From a virus (taxonomy: Duplodnaviria; Caudoviricetes): 64,000 nt of DNA. The position numbers were made by a program, and so were the translations under genes. Shown piece by piece: positions 49,728 through 57,226 of the stretch; positions within the stretch are counted from its first letter, which is position 1, and each line of letters begins with the position of its first letter. The DNA is taken from positions 30,629-94,628 of IMG/VR virus record IMGVR_UViG_3300046490_000065; one strand, written 5' to 3'. Under the pieces are notes generated by a model. That model had not been told where the DNA came from. It made no database searches and saw nothing but the letters and a program-made list of their open reading frames with translations.

Positions 49728-49893
49728 CTCCCAGGAAACACGAGTTGTCCCGGCTGTTCAGTTCCGTGTAGAAGATTGGGCTCCGGGTGAAGATCTGATC
49801 CGCACAGGGGGAGAACCCGTACGTGCTGATTTCCGGAGTACGCTTGGCGATCAGCGGCGCCAGCACGGTGGCGAAAAAGGCCCGACGGTTCAT
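49711..49893 (-). CDS. Small protein with twin-arginine-like N-terminus
   Basis: MNRRAFFATVLAPLIA; GGAGG RBS. Confidence 0.55.
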   Translation of the reverse strand: MNRRAFFATVLAPLIAKRTPEISTYGFSPCADQIFTRSPIFYTELNSRDNSCFLGGDPIA

Positions 49894-50234
49894 GCCCCCC
49901 TCCGATCTCTCTTGAACTTACTGAATGCCTTGAAGTCCCAGGTCACCCACCACCCTCTCCATTCCTTGTCGTTCTGGTGGGATGCGTTCTTGATGGGACA
50001 CTCGGTGTCCAAGTAAACCGGCTGGAGGGGGTGGTTGAATGTGGCTGATACGAGCCACAGATTCCCGTGCAGGAGTACGCGGATTCGCTCTCGCCAAGTG
50101 AACCTCCATCGGGTCACGACGTTGCCGGTGTCGTCGCGATACGCCGGGAGGGGCGCGTATTCGGATTGGTGCTCCGCAAGCACAACCTCCGGGAGATCAA
50201 ATCCAGGAACAACAGGGGACACCGGCTCCATCAC
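49890..50234 (-). CDS. Phage hypothetical protein
   Basis: AEHQ.EY.PLPA...W.FTWRERI...F..PLQP motif. Confidence 0.7.
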   Translation of the reverse strand: MMEPVSPVVPGFDLPEVVLAEHQSEYAPLPAYRDDTGNVVTRWRFTWRERIRVLLHGNLWLVSATFNHPLQPVYLDTECPIKNASHQNDKEWRGWWVTWDFKAFSKFKRDRRGA

Positions 50235-50848
50235 TCCACCCGTCCAACATTGGACGCCGTTTCCTCAAACAGGCTACTCGCGTCTTCCTCGGCCGGCGGC
50301 GCCAGCTTCTTCTCGATCAGGTCCGCCAGTTCCGTCCCGGTGTTGAACTTCGCACCCAGGATCTCGGCCAGCCGTTCGGCCGCCACCTCGGTCATGAGTA
50401 CGTGGTGCGGCCGGGGGTGAAGCTCGTACACCCACTCGTTCTCCTGCACCGCGTCCACCACTTCCTGCATGAGCGCATCGACCGTCCGCTCCTGCGTGCG
50501 GGCCAGTTCCTCGTACGCCGGGTAGTTGGCCGGATCGATCAGCACGGTCACCCGGTGCTTCCCGTCCACCATTCCCGCCACGTCGCTGATGTAGGGGATC
50601 AGTTCCTCGGCGTTGCTCAATTGGACGCCCGTGGAATCCAGGACCAACTTCACATCATCCGGCGGGAACAGGACGCCGCCGGTCGCGATCTGGGTCAGGA
50701 CGTCCTCGGTCATGTCGCGGATCTTCTGGGAGGGCGATGCGTCCACCCCTTCCGGCATCTCCATCATGTCCGTCAGGATTGGGACGTGCGCCTCTTTAAG
50801 TTCGATTTCAAGGTTGTACTTCACTGTGTCGGTTGGCTTCTTTGCCAT
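50231..50848 (-). CDS. Acidic hypothetical protein, possible RHH-like segment
   Basis: AGGAG RBS; promoter TTGACT(50899)-17-TACAGT. Confidence 0.65.
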   Translation of the reverse strand: MAKKPTDTVKYNLEIELKEAHVPILTDMMEMPEGVDASPSQKIRDMTEDVLTQIATGGVLFPPDDVKLVLDSTGVQLSNAEELIPYISDVAGMVDGKHRVTVLIDPANYPAYEELARTQERTVDALMQEVVDAVQENEWVYELHPRPHHVLMTEVAAERLAEILGAKFNTGTELADLIEKKLAPPAEEDASSLFEETASNVGRVE

Positions 50849-50955
50849 GGAATTGGAATCTCCTGTGAGCACTGTAACGCAAAGGGTTACTGGAGTCAAG
50901 GGATGTGGCGGTAATCACATCTTTCCTGCCTGTATTCGTGATACTCTTCGTTTGT

Positions 50956-51309
50956 ATGGTCACCTTACGTATTGACGTGTACCATCATGCCGCTCATGAG
51001 GACGACGATGATAACTCCAGTCTCACCCGGATTCTCATGGCGGTCACCAGATTGGAGAAAAAAATGGCAGCTTTGGACGAAGCATTAACAGCACTCACCC
51101 AGAAAGTCACCGACGAGAACACCGTGATCGACGGTGCCATCGTCTTCATCGGCGGAATCCCAGCGCTCATCAAGTCCGCCGTGGATGCGGCTCTGGCGCA
51201 AGGGGCCACCCCCACTCAACTCCAGGCCATGACGGATTTGGGAACCAGCATCCAGAACAAGAAAGACGCACTGGCCGCCGCGCTGGTTGCCGGTACCCCC
51301 TCCGCTTAA
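50956..51309 (+). CDS. Ala-rich helical hypothetical protein
   Basis: Followed by a terminator. Confidence 0.6.
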   Translation: MVTLRIDVYHHAAHEDDDDNSSLTRILMAVTRLEKKMAALDEALTALTQKVTDENTVIDGAIVFIGGIPALIKSAVDAALAQGATPTQLQAMTDLGTSIQNKKDALAAALVAGTPSA

Positions 51310-51333
51310 CCTTCAAGCCGCATCGGCAAATTA

Positions 51334-51370
51334 AAACGGCCCGCTTCCCTTCGCAGGGGGCGGGCCGTTT
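51334..51370. terminator. Bidirectional intrinsic terminator
   Basis: AAACGGCCCGC...GCGGGCCGTTT between convergent genes. Confidence 0.75.
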
Positions 51371-51408
51371 CAGTTGGCGATTCCCTAAAGGCTGTTGGTC
51401 CTATCGTA

Positions 51409-51912
51409 TCACGATAGGCGCTTCCAGGTGGTGCCGTCCGCCTGCATGGCGGTCCCGCCGATCGCGGCGATCATAAGCTCTACCCCTGGGGTGGGCTTCA
51501 GGACGGGAGCGGCGGGAGGCGGCGGCATCACGAAGGAGAACGGCTGGCCGATCTCCATGGCGAACGCTTGGTTGATTTGCTCGACGGATGCGAAGTCGTT
51601 GAAGTACTTCGCCATCAACCCGGCGTTGCGCGGGGTGATGCTTTCGTCGGGTAGCTGGATCATCTGATTCGGCTGGTTTTGCCCCAGCGGTCCACCTACT
51701 CCCGTGATCGCGTTGACCTCGACCACCTTGCAACTGCCCGGCGGCAGGCCGGCGCCCAGTTCGATGATCTGGCAAAGCAGTTGAGCCGTTGCCACGGTGG
51801 CGAAGTAGTAAGGGCTGTACAGGTACGGCCCGGAGTTGGAACTCCCTCCGGGCGGGGGATCGGTTACCCAAGGGTTGGGGCCGAACAACTGTTGTGCAGT
51901 GGGGCTCGTCAT
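51409..51912 (-). CDS. Hypothetical protein
   Basis: GGAAGGA RBS before MTSPTAQ. Confidence 0.6.
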   Translation of the reverse strand: MTSPTAQQLFGPNPWVTDPPPGGSSNSGPYLYSPYYFATVATAQLLCQIIELGAGLPPGSCKVVEVNAITGVGGPLGQNQPNQMIQLPDESITPRNAGLMAKYFNDFASVEQINQAFAMEIGQPFSFVMPPPPAAPVLKPTPGVELMIAAIGGTAMQADGTTWKRLS

Positions 51913-51972
51913 AAAGGTTTGGTTCCTTCCAATTCGGAGTATACCACCCTTTACTTGGGTGGGGATGGCAAA

Positions 51973-52050
51973 TGGAAGGCCGGATGGGAGTCGAACCCAC
52001 ATCGTCCAAATTACGGCTACTGGGGTAGAAACCCAGACCGATACCGGCCC
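51973..52050 (-). ncRNA. D-arm-less tRNA-like RNA (loop UUUCUAC; UCU in standard register)
   Basis: GGGCCGG/CCGGCCT acceptor, GTGGG-TTCGACT-CCCAT T arm, CTGGG/CCCAG stem, CCA end. Confidence 0.7.
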
Positions 52051-52051
52051 A

Positions 52052-52119
52052 TGGAGGGGATGGCGGGATTCGAACCCGCTACCTGTGGAAACCCAGGGCA
52101 CGGCCGCTATACCAGCCCC
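52052..52119 (-). ncRNA. Short tRNA-like RNA (68 nt), identity undetermined
   Basis: GGGGCTG/CATCCCC acceptor with one mismatch, perfect T arm, CCA; irregular D and anticodon arms. Confidence 0.5.
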
Positions 52120-52193
52120 GCTTCATTGATTACTACCTACACCTTCTATTTTCAAACATCGATCCGCGCCTTCATGGTACTGCGCGGCCAAAA

Positions 52194-52270
52194 TGGTCGG
52201 GGAGGGTGGATTCGAACCACCGCTCCTCTGCTCCCAAGGCAGATGGGTTAAACCGCTTCCCTACTCCCCG
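52194..52270 (-). tRNA. tRNA-Pro(TGG)
   Basis: CGGGGAG acceptor, loop CTTGGGA, CCA. Confidence 0.9.
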
Positions 52271-52486
52271 AAAACTTAAAGGCCCGGTCGATCCTTTTTG
52301 TGGGACCGCCGGGCCGCTTTCATCGTGTTTTGGCTGAAAGAATCAGTCGATGACCGGCGGCCCATCCTGGGTATCCACGTGCTTCGCACGGCCGATATTG
52401 GCCGGCTGCATCGTTTCGTTTCTCCCGAATTTGGGTTGCCTTGTCATCTGAGTTAGAGTCTACATCGGATCCGTTTTGGAAGTCAA
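52271..52486 (-). promoter_or_regulatory. Promoter, leader ORF (52343-52447) and antiterminator/terminator upstream of tRNA-Pro
   Basis: TTGACT-18-TAGACT; GGGCCGC (52357-63) can pair with GCGGCCC (52311-17), which overlaps the terminator stem GGCCCGG...CCGGGCC-TTTAAGTTTT. Confidence 0.65.
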
Positions 52487-52520
52487 GACTTATTTTCCGG
52501 TCCAATGTTGGACGCGTCGA

Positions 52521-52721
52521 TCACCTCGTTCGGATCAAAGGTGGCCCCGACCCGGCGTACCCGAGAAGAATCGAGAGTAGCCACAAGCAAACCGCCACGA
52601 TCACCACCACCCGAATGATCCTTGCGATGGCGGCATCCATCGGGATCTGCGCAACCACCCACAGCACGAGGCCCACGATGATCAGGACAATCACTATCTG
52701 CACCAAGAATGCTGGGAACAT
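52521..52721 (-). CDS. Small two-TM membrane protein
   Basis: LIIVGLVLWVVAQIPMD...IIRVVVIVAVCLWLL; GGAGGA RBS. Confidence 0.75.
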   Translation of the reverse strand: MFPAFLVQIVIVLIIVGLVLWVVAQIPMDAAIARIIRVVVIVAVCLWLLSILLGYAGSGPPLIRTR

Positions 52722-52789
52722 AGTTCCTCCTGGGTGCAGTATGATCCTATTCCGTATGATTGCCTGTGCAGATCTGTACAGTGTGGGAG

Positions 52790-52879
52790 TGGAGGAGAGG
52801 GTGGGATTTGAACCCACGGACCCCGAAGGGCCTGCGGTTTTCGGGACCGCCGCCTTAAACCGGGCTCGGCCACCTCTCC
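52790..52879 (-). tRNA. tRNA-Ser(CGA)
   Basis: Long variable arm, loop CCCGAAA (C33), CCA. Confidence 0.85.
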
Positions 52880-52882
52880 TCA

Positions 52883-52955
52883 TGGAGCACCGCCTCGGAA
52901 TTGAACCGAGTTCTACCGGGTTGCAGCCGGTGCGCTCTCCGTTTGCTTGCGGTGC
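52883..52955 (-). tRNA. tRNA-Cys(GCA)
   Basis: Loop CTGCAAC, U73, CCA. Confidence 0.85.
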
Positions 52956-53377
52956 TGAACTAAATCCGTGATCAACTTTTCCAAACGCCCATCCATGATC
53001 GGTGCCAGCGGGTACTGCTTGTCCAGCCGCTCGTCGGTCACCCGCTGTTCAGGGAAGTGGTATGTCCTGATCCGGCCTTCTCCAAACGCTGCTTGGCGCC
53101 GGACATTCTCTTCCGGCTCGCCGACCTTCCCCATTCTCCTGGCGCATTCAAGTTTGTGCCAGTCCTTGAACTGCTTCGTCGCAACCATCCGGAGGAACGC
53201 TGTCCGCTTGTTCGTGGTTTGGCTCCGCTCGTCGGCGGAGTACCCGACCGCCCCGCTCGGCGGGTGCGTCATGCGGATCGCCGTGTGGCTTCGGTTGGCG
53301 TGTTGGCCGCCCTTGCCACCGGACGTCAGGTCCTCGATCTTGAAATCCTTCGCCGTCAATGAAAACAGAAGCGTCAT
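52913..53377 (-). CDS. Minimal class-I release factor homolog (GGQ peptidyl-tRNA hydrolase domain)
   Basis: SGGKGGQHAN...AIRMTHPPSG...ERSQ..NK..A...RIRTYHFPEQRVTD; AGGAGG RBS; 154 aa. Confidence 0.9.
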   Translation of the reverse strand: MTLLFSLTAKDFKIEDLTSGGKGGQHANRSHTAIRMTHPPSGAVGYSADERSQTTNKRTAFLRMVATKQFKDWHKLECARRMGKVGEPEENVRRQAAFGEGRIRTYHFPEQRVTDERLDKQYPLAPIMDGRLEKLITDLVQHRKQTESAPAATR

Positions 53378-53394
53378 GAACCCTCCTGAAACTT

Positions 53395-53469
53395 TGGCAC
53401 TCTCGGCCCGATTCGAACAGGCGTCATCCGGGTTGGAGCCGGAGGTCCTAGCCACTGAACGACGAGAGC
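53395..53469 (-). tRNA. tRNA-Trp(CCA)
   Basis: Loop CTCCAAC, G73, CCA. Confidence 0.9.
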
Positions 53470-53470
53470 A

Positions 53471-53554
53471 TGGTCCGCCCTGCTGGATTCGAACCAGCAA
53501 CGCCCGAAGGCCACCGATTTTGAGCCGGCTGCTTTACCGTTTTGCTAAGGGCGG
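53471..53554 (-). tRNA. tRNA-Leu(CAA)
   Basis: Loop CTCAAAA, long variable arm, CCA. Confidence 0.9.
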
Positions 53555-53560
53555 AAAACT

Positions 53561-53645
53561 TGGTACCGGGGGAGGGACTCCCACCCTCACGTCCTAAGAC
53601 AGTAGTTCCTAAGACTACCGCGTCTAGTAATTCCGCCACCCCGGC
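53561..53645 (-). tRNA. tRNA-Leu(TAG)
   Basis: Loop CTTAGGA, long variable arm; atypical T loop TGGGAGT. Confidence 0.85.
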
Positions 53646-53652
53646 ATAAACT

Positions 53653-53742
53653 TGGTGGACGCGGATGGATTTGAACCACCGTGGCCCCCGAAGAGACAAC
53701 AGGTTTACAGCCTGTCCGTTTCAACCGCTCACGCACGCGTCC
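53653..53742 (-). tRNA. tRNA-Tyr(GTA)
   Basis: Loop CTGTAAA, long variable arm, CCA. Confidence 0.9.
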
Positions 53743-53765
53743 AATTCAGATGTCAAAGAACTTGA

Positions 53766-53855
53766 TGGCGGAAGGTGAGGGATTTGAACCCACGGTGGCC
53801 GAGGCCACAACAGATTAGCAATCTGCCGCAATAAGCCGGACTCTGCCAACCTTCC
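53766..53855 (-). tRNA. tRNA-Ser(GCT)
   Basis: Loop TTGCTAA, long variable arm, G73, CCA. Confidence 0.9.
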
Positions 53856-53863
53856 GAATGTAG

Positions 53864-53944
53864 CTAGAGGGGATACAAACAGGAGCCGGCCGACCAGAGT
53901 CGGTGGCTCGATAGGAGGGACGAACTTGAGAACAGGTAACGCAT
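53864..53944 (-). CDS. Putative 26-aa leader peptide of the tRNA operon
   Basis: MRYLFSSSSLLSSHRLWSAGSCLYPL fills the gap between promoter and first tRNA. Confidence 0.55.
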   Translation of the reverse strand: MRYLFSSSSLLSSHRLWSAGSCLYPL

Positions 53945-53960
53945 ATCAGTTCCGATTTAG

Positions 53961-53989
53961 ATAGTAACTGGAGATGGCTTGGATGTCAA
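53961..53989 (-). promoter_or_regulatory. Strong sigma70 promoter of the tRNA operon
   Basis: TTGACA-17-TACTAT. Confidence 0.8.
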
Positions 53990-54252
53990 GAGGATTTCTT
54001 CTTATCGTCTCGCGCCTGCTCTACCATGGCCTGCGCTCGTCCCTCGACGTTGCCCTGGCTCCTGGCCGCTTCCTTGGTGGCCGCCAGCAATTCATCCATC
54101 CGACTGTTGATCTGAAGGTGAACCGCGTCGATCTTCCTGCTGAGGATGATCCCCACGAAAGACAGGACCGCCGCAAAGATGGCCGGGGCTCCCGCCAGAA
54201 TCACCAACCACACCGTGAACTGCTGCGCTGGAATCATATTCATCGTCCCCAA
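53986..54252 (-). CDS. Small single-TM protein
   Basis: Hydrophobic N-terminus then VHLQINSRMDELL. Confidence 0.6.
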   Translation of the reverse strand: MGTMNMIPAQQFTVWLVILAGAPAIFAAVLSFVGIILSRKIDAVHLQINSRMDELLAATKEAARSQGNVEGRAQAMVEQARDDKKKSS

Positions 54253-56717
54253 TAATTCTCGCGGCTCTCTCCTGGGTCAGGCCGGCCGTTGCCCCGGAGA
54301 CCTTCCGGGTGGGTGTGCTGGATCACGCGCGAGTCATATCCCTTGTACGGCGCTATCGACTCGCCTTTCTCCCCAGTCTTAACCCCAAGCAGGGTATCAA
54401 GGTCCAACGTGGCCCGTGGGTCCGGAGCCTCCAGCGGGATACCAACCAGGAAGATGCTACCACAGTCTTCCTTCGGGCACCGGTACTCCGTGTCCGGCCG
54501 CGCCGCTCCCCACTCACAGCCGCATTTCTTGCAGATCATTTTGTAGCGCGGCGGTTCGACCTCTGATATAGCTAAAGGCGGGTTGATCCTCCCACTGTCG
54601 TCGGCGGCCCATTCGTGGGCACAGTACAGTGCGATCAACACAGAAAGGAGTTCGTCATCGTGGCAGCCCTTGGCGTGCTCGGCCTTCTTGTCGTCCTCGT
54701 CGTCCTTCTGGAAGGTCTGACTTTCCTCCACGAAGTTCGGCGAGCGCACGATGAACCACCCGGCCTTGATCCACTTCCGTCCCTGTTGCCACAGCTTCGG
54801 CTTCGTGTTCGGCTGAGTCATCCAGTGGAACTTGTTGGACATCGGGTCCTTCGAGTCCAGATGCTTCCACCGGAAAAGATTCGGGTACTGATACTGGCCA
54901 CGGACGGCATCGGCCACCGACTTATAGAAGTTGTACTCGATGCACATGAGGGCTTCGTTGTACATCCGGCCGATCGTGTTGGCGAAGAATGCCAGATCCA
55001 GCGGCTCAACGTCGTTCGATCTCCAAATAGCCACTTGCTCATCCGGAGATCCAGCCTTACCCAGTTTGTTCACCGCGATGACGGAGTAGTCCTCACCGAT
55101 TCCTTCAGCGATATCCACCCCAACCGAATACTCCCGGCCTGGGATCGGAGCTTCCCACTGGATGAAGGTGGACTCGTCCTCGCAGAGTTGCGACGTCCTG
55201 TGGTCTGCTGGACAACCATCCACAAAGCATCCAATTTTCAGTTGCTTGCTGCCATCACGGCCGCGATCAAACTTCACCCCGTGGAAGCGCCCCTTGGAGT
55301 CGATGAACCCCACCTTGACGTCCGGGCTCGTCAGGGGGTTCCTCACCGTGAGGGCCATCGCGTCCTGGCACGCCTCGTCGAACACGGCATATCCGGAAAG
55401 TTGCCACCCGTCTTCCGCCGTACAGGCAGTTTCCTGGTGGTGTAACTTCAATGATTCCTTATCTTTAGCCTCTGCGTTCTTCCGCTTGAGTTCCTTCCAT
55501 CGGAGTTGTTCGTCGGAAAGACACGCCGGATTCAGAGTTCCTTTATCGCAGGCCGGGCAGATCATTCCGATCCGACTCTCTCCGCCGAACTTAGCCACGT
55601 GATACTGAGCGCACGCATCACACTTAACCCACTCGCTCATGACGCGCTCTCGCAACATCCGTTCTGGCTTGTCAACGTGCCACCCTTGCGGCGGCGCCAC
55701 GACACGGCTACGCTCCAGAAAGAACGGCAGGAACAACGGATACCACTCAGCATCCTCTCCCATCTTGATATTGGCTTTCCACAGCATGTGTGAGTAGCTT
55801 CCGGAGCCTCGTCCGGTGGACTCCAAGAACCCAAACGAGTTGGGATCGTTATCGTGGATGGAGTGGAGCAAATCGCCTTCGATGATCTCCTTGGCCTTCG
55901 CCTGTTGGAAGTCTGAATACTCCGAGACGTGTGCGGCCGACAGCCGCTTACCTTGCCCGACGCCGGACAACTGGTTGGCGTGCTGCACGTAGATGTGCGA
56001 GTTCATGCCTGGGTTCCGCTGGCGTTGTTCACGGTCCTTGCGGTCGAAGTGAAGTCCACCTTTCACCTCCAGAGTGGCTGCTTCCGGCTTCAGCCACCAC
56101 GGCATTTTATCGTAAAAATGCAACATCAGACCGTACAGGTAGGAGCTTTGTTCTTCATCCACCGAGACCACGATGGCCTCGGTGTTTCGAAAGAACATCG
56201 TCCGCCAAGCTATCATGGCCTCGATGAGGAGCGAGCAACCCAATTGGCGCCCTTTCAAGATCATGATCTTCTGGGCGCGTGACTTCTTTTTCAACTCCAT
56301 CCATTTCTGGAGCACGAGCCACTGGGACTCCCACAGGGTGAACAGTTGGTCGTGGCCTTGGTCATTCGTGATCCAGAAGAATTGGCGGGCCGCGTAGATG
56401 AAGTCTCGGCGGCAGAACCGGGCTTGTTCCAGGACAGAGTTGCGCTCGTCTTTATTGAGGGTTTGGAACCTCTCATCCGGTCCCATCCGGTCCCACTCAC
56501 CCTCTCGGATGTACTTGTCCGCATGTGCGTCCAGGTGGTCCACGAGAAGCTGAACCCCCCGATCTCTCCCCTTGGGAATGACGAGGTTGCCGATCGATAC
56601 GGTGGCGGCTGACGGAGGTAGTTTCTTGGCCTGGGGGATGATTATGGCCGGCGGAATGATGATCTGCGGAGGCGGTGGCTGAATCAGGCAAGCGGCCGGA
56701 TCGAATAGGCTACCCAT
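54240..56717 (-). CDS. terL: Terminase large subunit
   Basis: LKGRQLGCS Walker A, HVSEY Walker B, EST coupling motif, VGVDIAEG and HDD nuclease motifs; Zn-ribbon inserts. Confidence 0.92.
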   Translation of the reverse strand: MGSLFDPAACLIQPPPPQIIIPPAIIIPQAKKLPPSAATVSIGNLVIPKGRDRGVQLLVDHLDAHADKYIREGEWDRMGPDERFQTLNKDERNSVLEQARFCRRDFIYAARQFFWITNDQGHDQLFTLWESQWLVLQKWMELKKKSRAQKIMILKGRQLGCSLLIEAMIAWRTMFFRNTEAIVVSVDEEQSSYLYGLMLHFYDKMPWWLKPEAATLEVKGGLHFDRKDREQRQRNPGMNSHIYVQHANQLSGVGQGKRLSAAHVSEYSDFQQAKAKEIIEGDLLHSIHDNDPNSFGFLESTGRGSGSYSHMLWKANIKMGEDAEWYPLFLPFFLERSRVVAPPQGWHVDKPERMLRERVMSEWVKCDACAQYHVAKFGGESRIGMICPACDKGTLNPACLSDEQLRWKELKRKNAEAKDKESLKLHHQETACTAEDGWQLSGYAVFDEACQDAMALTVRNPLTSPDVKVGFIDSKGRFHGVKFDRGRDGSKQLKIGCFVDGCPADHRTSQLCEDESTFIQWEAPIPGREYSVGVDIAEGIGEDYSVIAVNKLGKAGSPDEQVAIWRSNDVEPLDLAFFANTIGRMYNEALMCIEYNFYKSVADAVRGQYQYPNLFRWKHLDSKDPMSNKFHWMTQPNTKPKLWQQGRKWIKAGWFIVRSPNFVEESQTFQKDDEDDKKAEHAKGCHDDELLSVLIALYCAHEWAADDSGRINPPLAISEVEPPRYKMICKKCGCEWGAARPDTEYRCPKEDCGSIFLVGIPLEAPDPRATLDLDTLLGVKTGEKGESIAPYKGYDSRVIQHTHPEGLRGNGRPDPGESRENYWGR

Positions 56718-56720
56718 GAG

Positions 56721-57191
56721 CTACTCTTCTACGAGTACCGCATCTGGCGTGGGTTCGAACGAGATCACATCGAAGCTGGCTGGGATCGCCTTGCGCTGCT
56801 TCTCCTCTTCTTCGAGGATTCGCTGGATATCCTCGAACGACCTTGGCCCATCCGAAGCCCGGTGCGCGTGGCTTTCGGCCGTGTTGTTGTTCTGCTGGTT
56901 GACGTTAACCACCAAGCCTCTGTCCTTCGCGCCGGTCAATCCGAAGATTTCTGCGATGAGCTTGTTAGCTTGCATGTCGTTTAGGTGTGTACTCCGACGA
57001 AGGCTATTGATCATATCAGGGATGAGGATTGGCGCCACGGCCGCGAGGATGGCCTTCTGGTACGTGCCTTTACCAAGACTCTTGGCAGTGACGCTGCGGG
57101 TTGCGATCTTGTCGGGTAGCTTGATGTCCTTGATAGGTTTGCGGCCGTCCAATGTTGGACTGGCCGGCTTCTTTTTGTGCGAGGTGGCCAT
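56721..57191 (-). CDS. Putative terminase small subunit
   Basis: Directly upstream of terL; VNVNQQNNN beta tail. Confidence 0.6.
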   Translation of the reverse strand: MATSHKKKPASPTLDGRKPIKDIKLPDKIATRSVTAKSLGKGTYQKAILAAVAPILIPDMINSLRRSTHLNDMQANKLIAEIFGLTGAKDRGLVVNVNQQNNNTAESHAHRASDGPRSFEDIQRILEEEEKQRKAIPASFDVISFEPTPDAVLVEE

Positions 57192-57226
57192 CGTCCGCCA
57201 TCATACCACGGGTGTAGAATAACACC

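Noticed and set aside
52052-52119. tmRNA (starts GGGGCTG)
   Set aside because: Only 68 nt, no G3:U70 pair, no tag reading frame
51973-53377. Stop-codon reassignment (release factor plus possible CUA loop)
   Set aside because: Genes are full length in the standard code and several, including dnaB and the portal, end at TAG
54240-56717. Intein or intron in terL or other core genes
   Set aside because: The extra length is due to Zn-ribbon inserts; no intein termini or split genes were seen, and the nucleases appear free-standing
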